The notes under the pieces: generated by a model
What the model was told of the DNA's origin: nothing
Database searches by the model: none
What the model saw: the letters and a program-made list of their open reading frames with translations, nothing else
From: an uncultured Faecalibacterium sp.
GTDB taxonomy: Bacteria > Bacillota > Clostridia > Christensenellales > Aristaeellaceae
Reading direction: 5' to 3'
Assembly: GCA_964542315.1 (NCBI GenBank)
Contig: CAZIUA010000003.1
Coordinates: forward strand, 3,679-67,678
Length of the DNA stretch: 64,000 nucleotides
In this document: piece by piece, positions 1 through 9,468 of the stretch
How positions within the stretch are numbered: the stretch's first letter is position 1
Layout of the letters: each line of letters opens with the position of its first letter
Translations under genes and position numbers: made by a program

Positions 1-1
1 C

Positions 2-268
2 TGCGAAATGGCAGGCTTCGCGGTGGAAGGCGATGCGGTCATCCTGGAGACCATCAAGCCTGCGGACGATGGCAGCGGGGATATCATCCTCCGCCTGTAT
101 GAGAGCCTGCGCACCCATGCGCAGGCGACGCTGCACCTGCCTTTTGTGGCGAAGGTGTATGGATCCGCGATGGACGAGCGCGAAACGGACGGGCTGCTGG
201 GCGAGGGGAGCACCATCCGCCTGCATTTGAAGCCCTTTGAGATCCGGACGCTGCGGGTCAGAAGGTGA
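2..268 (+). CDS. C-terminal fragment of a glycoside hydrolase, probably GH38 alpha-mannosidase (5' end outside the window)
   Basis: The frame is open to the left edge. The tail ...GDIILRLYESL...LHLKPFEIRTLRV resembles the C-terminal beta-sandwich of bacterial GH38 enzymes from memory. Only about 88 aa are visible. Confidence 0.45.
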   Translation, partial: CEMAGFAVEGDAVILETIKPADDGSGDIILRLYESLRTHAQATLHLPFVAKVYGSAMDERETDGLLGEGSTIRLHLKPFEIRTLRVRR

Positions 269-353
269 TTTGCATCATCTGGTCAGATTCCTTCCGTGAA
301 ACGAATGATTAATTCTGAAATGAAAAAAATATTCGGAATTTTGCCGAAAAACC

Positions 354-382
354 TTGCAAATGGCGGCCATAAGCGTTATACT
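354..382 (+). promoter_or_regulatory. sigma-A type promoter for purC
   Basis: TTGCAA (354-359), 17-nt spacer, TATACT (377-382), in an AT-rich patch upstream of the 449 start. Confidence 0.5.
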
Positions 383-448
383 ATTCAGCGGTTCACCGAA
401 TGATGGCGGCGCATGGCGTCCGACACAGAGAAATGGAGAGGGCAATTC

Positions 449-1138
449 ATGGAGAATTTGAAGCTTCTTTACACCGGCAAGACCAAGAATGTCTACGCGC
501 TGGAAAATGGCAACTGCCTGCTGAAGTTCAAGGATGACTGCACCGGCAAGGACGGCGTGTTCGATCCCGGCGAGAACAGCGTCGGCCTGACCATCGAGGG
601 CGTGGGCGATGTGAACCTGCGCATGTCCATCTACTTCTTTGAGAAGATCAACGCTGCCGGCATCCGCACCCATTATGTGTCCGCCAACCTGGAGGATACC
701 ACCATGGAGGTCAAGGCCGCGAAGGTGTTCGGCAAGGGCCTGGAGGTCATCTGCCGCTATAAGGCGGTGGGCTCCTTCTATCGCCGCTATTCCGATTATT
801 GCACCCTGGGCCAGGATCTGCCTGCCTATGTGGAAACGACCTTCAAGAACGACGAGAAGGGCGATCCGCTCGTCACCAAGGACGGCCTGGTGGATCTGGG
901 TGTGATGACCGCTGCCCAGTATGACGACCTGAAGGCCATGACCCAGGCCATCACCAAGATCGTGGCGGATGACCTGAAGGAGAAGGGCCTGGATCTGTAC
1001 GACATCAAGTTCGAGTTCGGCTATGACGAGAACGGCAATGTCATGCTCATCGACGAGATCGCCTCCGGCAATATGCGCGTCTACAAGGACGGCGAATATG
1101 TCGATCCCATGACGCTGAACAAGCTCTTCTTCGCCTGA
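449..1138 (+). CDS. purC: phosphoribosylaminoimidazole-succinocarboxamide (SAICAR) synthase
   Basis: [16 protein letters not shown]..., LIDEI and overall length are typical of PurC. The start is moved to the internal ATG at 449, preceded by GGAGAGGG. The track ATG at 413 lies about 30 nt past the -10 and is not excluded. Confidence 0.9.
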   Translation: MENLKLLYTGKTKNVYALENGNCLLKFKDDCTGKDGVFDPGENSVGLTIEGVGDVNLRMSIYFFEKINAAGIRTHYVSANLEDTTMEVKAAKVFGKGLEVICRYKAVGSFYRRYSDYCTLGQDLPAYVETTFKNDEKGDPLVTKDGLVDLGVMTAAQYDDLKAMTQAITKIVADDLKEKGLDLYDIKFEFGYDENGNVMLIDEIASGNMRVYKDGEYVDPMTLNKLFFA

Positions 1139-1154
1139 TCGGGACAAAAAACAA

Positions 1155-1194
1155 GCGCTGCTGACTGAGTACATGCCGGTCAGCGGCGCTTTTT
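1155..1194. terminator. bidirectional rho-independent terminator between convergent genes
   Basis: GCGCTGCTGAC...GTCAGCGGCGC stem with an A-run on the left and a T-run on the right. Confidence 0.7.
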
Positions 1195-1231
1195 GATATG
1201 CGTTTTTATCGGCGGATGAAACCGGATGGTG

Positions 1232-2005
1232 TCAGTTTGTGAGGGTGTAGTCCGTCAGACGCCACTGATGCACCTGGAGCACCTCACTGCCCACCAGTTC
1301 CTCCCGGAAGGTGCTGTTGATGATCTCCGTGCGGTTCTTGTTCAGGGAGATGAAGTAGACGCGGACGGGTTCGCCGCGGAGGTAATAGGGGTTGGAGTCC
1401 ACGACGATGTAGCGCCCCTTCTCCGGGATAGTGGCGACCACCAGCAGCGCGTGATAATTGCCGCTGGGCTTGCGGATGTAGAGGTACACGGGGGAATAGC
1501 GTTCATCGGTCAGGTAATTCTCCATCATGGTGTTGAAAATCTGCGACCGGCGCTCGACACGCTCCACCCCGATGGCCTCGGAGATCATGTCATACGGCTC
1601 GTCCAGGTTGCGCTCGCCCGTCAGCGCGGACATCGCCCCGGGCGTCATATCGACACCGATGCAGCTCAGCGCCATGGAGTACACCGCACGCGTACACATA
1701 TTGCCCGCATGGAAGCCATACTCGTATCCATAGCGGCTCTTCACCGTCAGGTCGAGCATGGAGCCCTCTTCGCCGCCGAGCCAGTAGTCCGTCCGGAAGG
1801 AGGGATCGCGCCCGTTGACCTGCGAAATATAGCGGATGTATCCAGCCTGCACATCGGCCACGCCGTCTTCCGGCGGAAGGAGGAGGAATTGCTCCGCCTC
1901 TTCCACCGATGTGGCGGTGCGCAGCGTCAGCGCATCTTCCGCGCCGGCGAAGGATGCCGGCAGCAGCAAGAGCAGCAGCAAGGCGAGCATACGGCGCATG
2001 GGCAT
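1232..2005 (-). CDS. exported protein of unknown function
   Basis: A signal-peptide-like N-terminus (MPMRRMLALLLLLLLPASFAGAEDA) follows AAAGGAGGA. The start could be 2005 or 1999. No family recognised. Confidence 0.6.
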   Translation of the reverse strand: MPMRRMLALLLLLLLPASFAGAEDALTLRTATSVEEAEQFLLLPPEDGVADVQAGYIRYISQVNGRDPSFRTDYWLGGEEGSMLDLTVKSRYGYEYGFHAGNMCTRAVYSMALSCIGVDMTPGAMSALTGERNLDEPYDMISEAIGVERVERRSQIFNTMMENYLTDERYSPVYLYIRKPSGNYHALLVVATIPEKGRYIVVDSNPYYLRGEPVRVYFISLNKNRTEIINSTFREELVGSEVLQVHQWRLTDYTLTN

Positions 2006-2142
2006 CCTCCTTTCGGTGTGAGTTTCCCCTCTATTATACAGGAGAAATGGCTTCAGGGCAAGATGGGTGGAAAAAATTTCTGCAAAAAGGGGATCCGGCT
2101 GAAGCGGTCTGCAAAAACCGATTTCCGCATCCGCCCAAGGGC

Positions 2143-2171
2143 TTGACGGCGAATGCAAAAACCGCTATAAT
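2143..2171 (+). promoter_or_regulatory. sigma-A type promoter
   Basis: TTGACG, 17-nt spacer, TATAAT. Confidence 0.55.
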
Positions 2172-2194
2172 CAGCCGTAGGGAGGATGAACGGG

Positions 2195-2734
2195 ATGACA
2201 GCATGCATTGAGCAGTTCCGGATGCCGCGCTATCGGGAGATCCCCGATGTGGGGCTGTATCTGGATCAAACGGTGAAGTACATCAACCGGTATCTGGCGC
2301 CCCTGGGGTGCATGGAGATCACCACGTCGATGGTGTCCAACTATGTCAAGAAGGGCTATATCGCCAATCCGGTGCACAAGCAGTACAACGCGGAGCAGAT
2401 CGCGCATCTGTTCTTCATCAGCGTGGCGAAATCTGTTCTGGCGATGGACAATATCGCCCGGATGATCGACCGCCAGCGCCAGTATTATCCGGCGGAACGC
2501 GCGTATGACTACTTCTGCGACGAGCTGGAGAATCTGCTCCAGTGTACCTTCGGGCTGAAGGACAAGCCGGAGGAGACCGGATCTCCGGACGAGCAGTCCG
2601 AAACGAAGACCATGCTGCGATCCATCATCATCGCGGTGACGCATGTGATCTACCTCTCTAACCGCTTTGAATTGATGAAGGCGCGCGAGGAGAGCGAACA
2701 GGCTGCTGAGAACGCGGAAAAGCAGGAACCCTGA
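2195..2734 (+). CDS. DUF1836 domain protein (MerR-like HTH region)
   Basis: The YLDQTVKYINRYL...ITTSMVSNYVKKG pattern matches DUF1836 from memory. The ATG at 2186 abuts GGAGGA, so the ATG at 2195 (spacing about 9) is preferred. Confidence 0.7.
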   Translation: MTACIEQFRMPRYREIPDVGLYLDQTVKYINRYLAPLGCMEITTSMVSNYVKKGYIANPVHKQYNAEQIAHLFFISVAKSVLAMDNIARMIDRQRQYYPAERAYDYFCDELENLLQCTFGLKDKPEETGSPDEQSETKTMLRSIIIAVTHVIYLSNRFELMKAREESEQAAENAEKQEP

Positions 2735-2807
2735 TGGACTTGCTGCGGTCTCGTCGTGGCGTTTCGCGAACGAAGGCTCCTGAAAAAATCATGGATGGGA
2801 TATCTGT

Positions 2808-2836
2808 GCCGCAGCAAACAAGGCTGCGGCTTTTTT
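2808..2836 (+). terminator. rho-independent terminator
   Basis: GCCGCAGC-loop-GCTGCGGC followed by TTTTTT. Confidence 0.75.
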
Positions 2837-3012
2837 ATGCGGCGGTTTGTTAAGCACGTGTTAGGTTACATATAAAAAGAATGATAGGCATCTATGAGAA
2901 ATAAGCATCCGAAATAACGACAAAATCCGAATAATAGGCAAGGGAAGGCGGAAGAAAAGCCGTTTTCCCTTTGCTTTTTTTAGTAAAAACAGCCCAAATG
3001 AACCAAAAAGCC

Positions 3013-3041
3013 TTGCACAAAGGGGCAATGTGATGTATAAT
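3013..3041 (+). promoter_or_regulatory. sigma-A type promoter of the 3.0-17.5 kb operon
   Basis: TTGCAC, 17-nt spacer, TATAAT. It lies inside the track ORF start at 3030, which argues for the 3099 start. Confidence 0.55.
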
Positions 3042-3098
3042 AAAGAAAAAGTCACAATTCAAGCTAACAAGAAGTTAACGAGAGGGTGGGCGCAGTTT

Positions 3099-4568
3099 AT
3101 GGATCGAAGCAACCTGACGCGCGGCCTGGCGGCGTTGGCCGTGGCTGCAGGGGTATGCATAGGCAGCGGCCTGGCGGAGGACGCGTACATCGACAAGGTG
3201 GAGGCTGAGACCGGCACGCTGCTGGGACAGGCGCAGGTCGCCGCGACGGGCGTATCCGTCAGCAAGCTGGAGCATGACGGCGATGGCGTCGAGGTCACGC
3301 TGACCGTGCCGGAAGCAGGGCATTACGACATCATCGTGCATCAGGCCAGCATCGGCGGCACGGAAAAGATCAACTTCGTCTCCGCCAACGGGCAACGCGT
3401 GGGGGAGGTCACATCCCCTGGTTCCAAATGGAATGACGGCGTGGTCGAATACGTCTGGCTGGAGCAGGGCGAGAACAAGGTGTCCGTCACCAAGTCCTGG
3501 GGATGGATCACCATTGATTACATCGCTGTGAAAAAGAGCGCGCCCTTCCCGGCGGACGTCTACGATGTGGCGCCGACCCTCATCAACCCCAATGCCACCG
3601 TGGAGGCCAGGCGCCTGATGACCTTCCTCTGCGACAATTACGGCAAGAAGATCATCTCCGGCCAGCAGTGCCAGGAAGGCCCCTTCGGCATGAGCGTTGC
3701 CGGTGTGTGGCGCGGCCTGGGCGGCAGCGATTATCCCGCCGTCGTGGGCATGGACGTCATCTCCTATGCGCCGGCGCGCGTGGCCAAGGGCGATACGAGC
3801 AAGGTGACTGAATACGCCATCGAATATTGGGAGAAGGGCGGCATCGTTACCCTCTGCTGGCACTGGTGCCCGGATGGCAAATATGACAACGGCAAGAACA
3901 ACTGGGGCACCTTCTACACCGAATATACCAATTTCGACCTGGCCAAGGCCATGAGCGGTGAGGACGCATACGGCTATGAGCATCTGCTGGCGGACATCGA
4001 CGCCATCGCCGCGGAGCTCAAGAAACTCCAGGATGCGGGCGTGCCGGTGCTCTGGCGTCCCCTGCATGAGGCCAGCGGCGGCTGGTTCTGGTGGGGGGCA
4101 TCCGGCCCGGAACCCTATCTGGAATTGTACAAGCTCCTCTATGACCGGCTGACCAATGTCCACGGGCTGAACAACCTCATCTGGGTGTGGAATGGTCAGG
4201 ATGCGGCATGGTATCCAGGTGACGAATATGTGGATATCATCGGCGAGGACATCTATCCCGGCGAAAAGGTGTATACCTCGCAGGCGGCGCGCTTCCTCAA
4301 GGCGCTGAGCTACACCGATACGCGCAAGATCATCACCCTGTCGGAGAATGGCTGCATCCCCGATCCGGATCAGTGCCTGCGTGATGAGGCGGTGTGGAGC
4401 TGGTGGTGCACCTGGGAGGGCGAATTCGTCCTCAAGAGCGCCAGCTTCAACGATTACTCCGAGCGATACACCGAAAAGAGCATGCTCAACAAGGCCTACA
4501 AGCATGACAGCGTCATCACCCGCAAGACGCTGCCCGACCTCAAGAACTACCCGCTGCGGGATGAGTAA
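3099..4568 (+). CDS. secreted GH26 beta-mannanase with an N-terminal CBM-like beta-sandwich
   Basis: WRPLHEASGGWFWWG, IWVWNG and ITLSENG are classic GH26 blocks. There is a signal-like N-terminus (LAALAVAAGVCIGSGLAED). The N-terminal module shows the ...VEAETG...GWITIDYIAV pattern typical of CBM6/35-type modules. Confidence 0.85.
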   Translation: MDRSNLTRGLAALAVAAGVCIGSGLAEDAYIDKVEAETGTLLGQAQVAATGVSVSKLEHDGDGVEVTLTVPEAGHYDIIVHQASIGGTEKINFVSANGQRVGEVTSPGSKWNDGVVEYVWLEQGENKVSVTKSWGWITIDYIAVKKSAPFPADVYDVAPTLINPNATVEARRLMTFLCDNYGKKIISGQQCQEGPFGMSVAGVWRGLGGSDYPAVVGMDVISYAPARVAKGDTSKVTEYAIEYWEKGGIVTLCWHWCPDGKYDNGKNNWGTFYTEYTNFDLAKAMSGEDAYGYEHLLADIDAIAAELKKLQDAGVPVLWRPLHEASGGWFWWGASGPEPYLELYKLLYDRLTNVHGLNNLIWVWNGQDAAWYPGDEYVDIIGEDIYPGEKVYTSQAARFLKALSYTDTRKIITLSENGCIPDPDQCLRDEAVWSWWCTWEGEFVLKSASFNDYSERYTEKSMLNKAYKHDSVITRKTLPDLKNYPLRDE

Positions 4569-4582
4569 GATTCGATGATTGG

Positions 4583-7500
4583 ATGGTGAACACAGTGAAA
4601 AGGACAATCAGCCTGGTGGGTCTGCTTCTGGCCCTGCTTCTGGCCTGTACGGCGCTGGCGGACGCCAATGGTGCAACGGCACTGACGGCTGCCGATTACC
4701 AGAACATCGTCAGCACCTACTCCATCAATGCCGACATTCCCAGCTATGCGGACTATCTTGAGGCGCATGAGGAAGCGCAGCGCCCCGATGCCGCCGTGAC
4801 GATCGATGCGGACACCTTCGTCCGCTATGAGGACGCAGGCGAGGCGGTCGAGCCGTCCATCCTGGCGGACTATGACGGCGAAAAGGGCAATGCCGTGCTG
4901 ACCGGTGAGGAATCCCTCATCGAGTGGGTCGTTACCGTGCCGGAAAGCGGCCTGTATGACCTGAACGTGCGCTATTACCCCTATGAGGGAAAGAACGGCG
5001 CCATCCAGCGCGCCTTCTTCATCGACGGCGCCCTGCCCTATGATGAGCTGGCGCTGGTGGAATTCAACCGCGTGTGGCAGAATGGCGACTTCGCTGAATA
5101 TGTGGATGAAAACGGCGTGACCCTGCGCCAGTGGAACAAGGATAACCAGGGCAACGACCTGAAGCCCTCCGCCAAGGAAGCCCCCGAATGGCAGAGCAAG
5201 GGCCTCTACGATTCCAATGGCTACATCACCGAGCAGCTCAGCGTCTACCTGACGGAAGGCGAGCACACCCTGACCCTGCTGGCCATGCGCGAGCCGATGC
5301 TCATCCGCTCCATCACGCTGGAAAACGCCGAGCAGATCGCGTCCTATGCGGATGTGAAGGCGGCAGGCGATGCGGCCGGGCAGAAGGACACCTCCGGCGT
5401 GTCCGTCCGCTTTGAGGCGGAAAACGCGGTCAAGACCTCCTCTCAGATGCTCTATCCCGTGCAGGATCAGTCCTCCGCGGCGGTGTATCCGGCGTCCACC
5501 CGCTATCTGCTGAACAATGCCATCGGCGGCAACGGCTGGAAGAACGCCGGGCAGTGGATCGAGTGGCACTTCGAGGTGCCGGAGGATGGTTATTACGCTA
5601 TCTCCCTGTATGACAAGCAGAACTTTGTGCGCGGTATCAACTGCTACCGCAAGATCTATGTGGATGGCGCGGTGCCTTTTGCGGAATTCAACGCCTATGG
5701 CTTCGGCTATGACGCCAAGTGGCGCATGGAGACCCTGAAAGACGCAAGCGGCGAACCCTACCGCGTGTACCTGACCAAGGGCGAGCACACCCTGCGCATG
5801 GAGGTCGTCCTGGGCGACATGGCGCAGATCATCGCCGAGGTGCAGAACTGCGTCCAGCAGCTCAACGACATCTACCGTCAGGTGATCTACATCACCGGCG
5901 TTGCCCCTGACCAGTATCGCGATTACCAGATCGAGAGCTCCCTGCCCGGGCTGGAGGATGCACTCATCCAGGTGCAGGAGGACCTGCGCGTGGCCATGGC
6001 GGCGCTGGAGGTCACGGCGGGCTCCAACTCCGACAAGATGACCGTCCTGCGCACGATGGATGACCAGCTGACCGAGCTGATCAAGGATCAGGAGCGCTTC
6101 ACCGAGGTGCTGTCCTCCTACAAGACCAATGTGCGCGCCTGCGGCAACTGGATCACCCAGGTGCTGGGCATGCCCCTGCAGGTGGACCGCCTTTACATCC
6201 ACTCGGCGGATGTGTCCCCCAAGGCGGAGGGCGAGAACTGGCTCAATGGGCTCATCCATGAGGCCAAGCGCATGTACTATTCCTTCATCATCGACTACAA
6301 CCAGGTCGGCAACGTGGCTGACGAGGATGGCGAAAACGTGGTGCTGACGCTGTGGATCGGCACCGGCCGCGACCAGGCTAATGTCATCAAGGCGCTGATC
6401 GATGAGAAGTTCACGCCGGAGACGGGCATCTCCGTCAACGTGCAGCTGGTGGACATGAACACCCTTCTGCGCGCGACCCTGTCCGGCGAAGGCCCTGACG
6501 TGGCCATCCAGGTGGCGAATACCAACGGCATCGCCGGCGGCGTGCTCAATACCGGCAACGATACGCCGGTGAACTACGGCCTGCGTGAGGCGGTGCTGGA
6601 TCTGGCACAGTTCGACGATTTCGAGACGGTGGCCGACCGCTTCGCCCCGGCCTCCCTGGTGCCTTTCTCCTTCAACGGCGCGACCTACGCCCTGCCGGAC
6701 ACCATGACCTTCCCCATGATGTTCTACCGCAAGGACATCCTGGCTGAGATCGGTCTGGAAGTCCCCGCCACCTGGGATGAGGTCAAGGTCGCCATGACCA
6801 TCCTGGCCAAGAACCAGATGGAGTTCGGCATGCTGCCCTCCGAGCAGATCTTCGCCATGCTGCTGTTCCAGAACGGCGGCGAGTATTACACCGAGGGCGG
6901 TATGGCTTCCGCGCTGGATGACGATATCGCCATCAACGTGTTCAAGCGCTACTGCGAATACTACACAGACTACAAGCTGGACAAGGCCACCAGCGTGGAG
7001 GAACGCTTCCGCACGGGTGAATGTCCCATCATCATCTCCGACTACACCACCTACAACAACCTGCAGGTGTCCGCACCGGATATCAAGGGCCTGTGGGATT
7101 TCACCATCGTCCCCGGCACGGTGCAGGCGGATGGCAGCATCAACCACGCCACCGGTGCATCCGGCCTGGCGGATATCATCATGAGCGCCACGGAGCACCC
7201 CGCGGAGAGCTGGGAGTTCCTCAAGTGGTGGACCTCTGCTGAGATCCAGACCCTCTACGGCCGTGAGATGGAATCCCTCATGGGCGCCTCCGCCCGTGTG
7301 GCCACCGCCAACAAGGAAGCCTTGGCGAACCTCTCCTGGCCGATGAAGGACTACAAGGCCCTCGTCGCCCAGATGGAGCAGGTCAAGGGCATCCCCCAGG
7401 TGCCGGGCGGCTATTACACCTGGCGCAATGTCAACAATGCCTTCTACACCATCACCAACAATACGGCCACCAACAATACCACCCCGCGTGAAGCGCTGAT

Positions 7501-7594
7501 GGACAAGGTCTTCTACATCAACGCCGAGATCAACTACAAGCGGGCGGAGTTCGGGCTCCCGCTCGCCGCCGATGTGAAGGAGGAGCAGCAATGA
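4583..7594 (+). CDS. 1003-aa lipoprotein: two CBM-like modules fused to an ABC-transporter substrate-binding domain (family 1, LplA/YtcQ-like)
   Basis: Lipobox LLAC. Two modules resemble the CBM-like module of the GH26 gene (VTIDADTF...YDLNVRYY and VRFEAENAV...GEHTLRMEV). The C-terminal half shows SBP features (LTLWIGTGRDQ..., ALPDTMTFPMMFYRKDIL). Confidence 0.8.
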   Translation: MVNTVKRTISLVGLLLALLLACTALADANGATALTAADYQNIVSTYSINADIPSYADYLEAHEEAQRPDAAVTIDADTFVRYEDAGEAVEPSILADYDGEKGNAVLTGEESLIEWVVTVPESGLYDLNVRYYPYEGKNGAIQRAFFIDGALPYDELALVEFNRVWQNGDFAEYVDENGVTLRQWNKDNQGNDLKPSAKEAPEWQSKGLYDSNGYITEQLSVYLTEGEHTLTLLAMREPMLIRSITLENAEQIASYADVKAAGDAAGQKDTSGVSVRFEAENAVKTSSQMLYPVQDQSSAAVYPASTRYLLNNAIGGNGWKNAGQWIEWHFEVPEDGYYAISLYDKQNFVRGINCYRKIYVDGAVPFAEFNAYGFGYDAKWRMETLKDASGEPYRVYLTKGEHTLRMEVVLGDMAQIIAEVQNCVQQLNDIYRQVIYITGVAPDQYRDYQIESSLPGLEDALIQVQEDLRVAMAALEVTAGSNSDKMTVLRTMDDQLTELIKDQERFTEVLSSYKTNVRACGNWITQVLGMPLQVDRLYIHSADVSPKAEGENWLNGLIHEAKRMYYSFIIDYNQVGNVADEDGENVVLTLWIGTGRDQANVIKALIDEKFTPETGISVNVQLVDMNTLLRATLSGEGPDVAIQVANTNGIAGGVLNTGNDTPVNYGLREAVLDLAQFDDFETVADRFAPASLVPFSFNGATYALPDTMTFPMMFYRKDILAEIGLEVPATWDEVKVAMTILAKNQMEFGMLPSEQIFAMLLFQNGGEYYTEGGMASALDDDIAINVFKRYCEYYTDYKLDKATSVEERFRTGECPIIISDYTTYNNLQVSAPDIKGLWDFTIVPGTVQADGSINHATGASGLADIIMSATEHPAESWEFLKWWTSAEIQTLYGREMESLMGASARVATANKEALANLSWPMKDYKALVAQMEQVKGIPQVPGGYYTWRNVNNAFYTITNNTATNNTTPREALMDKVFYINAEINYKRAEFGLPLAADVKEEQQ

Positions 7595-8514
7595 CGGCAA
7601 TGAATCGCCCCGTGCAAAAGCGCACGCCCCTGCTCAAACAGGTGCAGCGCTCCTATGCGTCCTACCTGATGATAGCGCCCTATTTCATCCTGTTCTTCCT
7701 CTTCACCGTCCTGCCGGTGGTGATGGCCATCGTGGTCTCCTTCACCGACTGGAACATGCTTCAAATGCCGAATTTCGTCGGCTGGAACAACTATGTCAAG
7801 CTCATCCTGGATGACGATATCTTTATGATCTCCCTGAAGAACACGCTGATCTTCGCCGTCGTCACGGGCCCGGTGAGCTACATGCTCTGTCTGCTCTTTG
7901 CGTGGATCATCAACGAATTCAACCGCGGCCTGCGTACCGTGCTGACGCTGATCTTCTACGCGCCGTCCATCTGCGGCAACGCCTACATGGTCTGGAACCT
8001 CATCCTCACCGGCGACCGCTACGGCTACCTCAACGGCATCCTGCTCAAGCTGGACATCATCAACGAGCCGATCCTGTGGATGCAGACGGAACAGTATGTG
8101 CTGCCGGTGCTGATCATCGTGCAGCTGTGGCTGAGCCTTGGTACGGGCTTCCTGTCCTTCATCGCCGGTTTGCAGACGGTGGACAAGAATATGTATGAGG
8201 CCGCGGCCATCGACGGCATCAAGAACCGCTGGCAGGAGCTGTGGTATGTGACCCTGCCCGCGATGAAGCCCCAGCTGCTCTTCGGCGCGGTGATGCAGAT
8301 CACCCAGTCCTTCGCTGTGGCGGATATCTCCATCAACCTGGCGGGCAACCCCTCGGTCAACTACGCCGGCGCGACCATCGTCACCCACCTGCTGGACTAT
8401 GGCTCCACCAGGCTGGACATGGGCTATGCGTCCGCCATCGCCACCATCCTCTTCCTGCTGATGGTCGGCACGAATAAGCTGGTACAGAAACTGCTGGGAA
8501 GGGTGGGTGAGTAA
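7591..8514 (+). CDS. carbohydrate ABC transporter permease (LplB/YteP-like), pair 1
   Basis: Multi-TM protein with the EAA-type loop region (YEAAAIDGIKNRWQELWYVTLP). ATGA overlap with the upstream stop. Confidence 0.9.
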   Translation: MTAMNRPVQKRTPLLKQVQRSYASYLMIAPYFILFFLFTVLPVVMAIVVSFTDWNMLQMPNFVGWNNYVKLILDDDIFMISLKNTLIFAVVTGPVSYMLCLLFAWIINEFNRGLRTVLTLIFYAPSICGNAYMVWNLILTGDRYGYLNGILLKLDIINEPILWMQTEQYVLPVLIIVQLWLSLGTGFLSFIAGLQTVDKNMYEAAAIDGIKNRWQELWYVTLPAMKPQLLFGAVMQITQSFAVADISINLAGNPSVNYAGATIVTHLLDYGSTRLDMGYASAIATILFLLMVGTNKLVQKLLGRVGE

Positions 8515-8517
8515 GCC

Positions 8518-9456
8518 ATGAGTGAAATGCTGAAGGGTCAGGTCCGCGTCAAGGATCTTCCGCCCAAGCTGCAGAAGAAGCTCCGCCGGCAGAAGATCGT
8601 CCCCTCCCTCAAGTCCAAGAAGCTCAACCGCTCCGTGGCGGGCAACACGCTTCTGTTCACCCTGATGGGCATCTGCGCCGTGTTCATGGTGCTGCCCCTG
8701 GTGATGATCGTCAACAATGCCCTCAAGCCCCTGGACGAATTGTATCAGTATCCCCCGAAGATCTGGGTGCGCAATCCTCACCTGGAGAACTTCTCCGACC
8801 TGTTCAATCTGATGAATGACTCCTGGGTGCCGTTCTCCCGATATATGATGAACACCGTCATCATCACCGGCCTGGGCATGGTGGGTCACGTCGTGGTGGC
8901 GTCCCTGGCGGCGTATCCGCTGGCGAAGCACCACTTCCCCGGCAAGAACATCCTGTTCAGCATGGTCGTCCTGTCGATGATGTTCTCCTGGACGGTCACG
9001 CAGATCCCCCAGTATGCCATCATCTCCTGGCTGGGCATCAACAATACCTACTGGGCGCTGGTGCTGCCGGCCTTCGCATTCGGCATGGGCCTGTATCTGA
9101 TGAAGCAGTTCATGGAGCCCCTGCCGGATTCGCTGATGGAATCCGCACGCATCCAGGGTGCGAACGAGTGGCAGATCTTCTGGAAGATCGTCATGCCCAA
9201 TGTCAAGCCCGCGTGGCTGACGCTGGCCATCTTCCAGTTCCAGCAGATGTGGGGCAACACCGGCTCCCTCTTCCTGCGTGATGAGCAATTGAAGCCCATG
9301 CAGTTCGCCCTGCAGCAGATCACGGCAGGCGGCGTGTCCCGCGCGGGCGCGGCGGCAGCGGTGACCTTCATCATCGCGGCGGTGCCGATCGCGTTCTTCC
9401 TGCTGTGCCAGTCGTCCATTCTTGAGACCATGACCACATCCGGTATGAAGGACTAA
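8518..9456 (+). CDS. carbohydrate ABC transporter permease (LplC/YtcP-like), pair 1
   Basis: EAA-type loop (MESARIQGANEWQIFWKIVMPNVKP). Lies 3 nt after the upstream stop. Confidence 0.9.
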   Translation: MSEMLKGQVRVKDLPPKLQKKLRRQKIVPSLKSKKLNRSVAGNTLLFTLMGICAVFMVLPLVMIVNNALKPLDELYQYPPKIWVRNPHLENFSDLFNLMNDSWVPFSRYMMNTVIITGLGMVGHVVVASLAAYPLAKHHFPGKNILFSMVVLSMMFSWTVTQIPQYAIISWLGINNTYWALVLPAFAFGMGLYLMKQFMEPLPDSLMESARIQGANEWQIFWKIVMPNVKPAWLTLAIFQFQQMWGNTGSLFLRDEQLKPMQFALQQITAGGVSRAGAAAAVTFIIAAVPIAFFLLCQSSILETMTTSGMKD

Positions 9457-9468
9457 GGAGGGAGCGAT

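Noticed and set aside
383-448. A possible purine riboswitch in the purC leader.
   Set aside because: The leader is only about 65 nt and lacks the conserved three-way junction sequence of guanine/adenine riboswitches.
2861-3055. A 64-aa ORF on the minus strand in the AT-rich spacer before the GH26 gene.
   Set aside because: It has no RBS, overlaps the operon promoter, and is hydrophobic and low-complexity as expected from AT-rich DNA. The spacer is more plausibly regulatory.
4547-7600. 1017-aa ORF on the minus strand. Similar giant antisense ORFs are present at 3075-4607(-), 7534-9288(-), 9487-12198(-), 12090-14873(-), 14976-16859(-), 29546-31642(-), 31708-33390(-), 37885-40449(-), 40480-43695(-), 43811-46750(+), 46805-47974(+), 48244-50184(-), 50996-53494(+), 53190-54503(+), 54493-55680(-), 56383-59370(+) and 59692-62838(-).
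   Set aside because: Each mirrors a gene on the opposite strand that has recognisable family motifs, an RBS and sensible composition. The antisense translations are low-complexity strings rich in R, H, G, A and D with no motifs. This is the usual stop-codon-poor shadow frame of GC-rich DNA.
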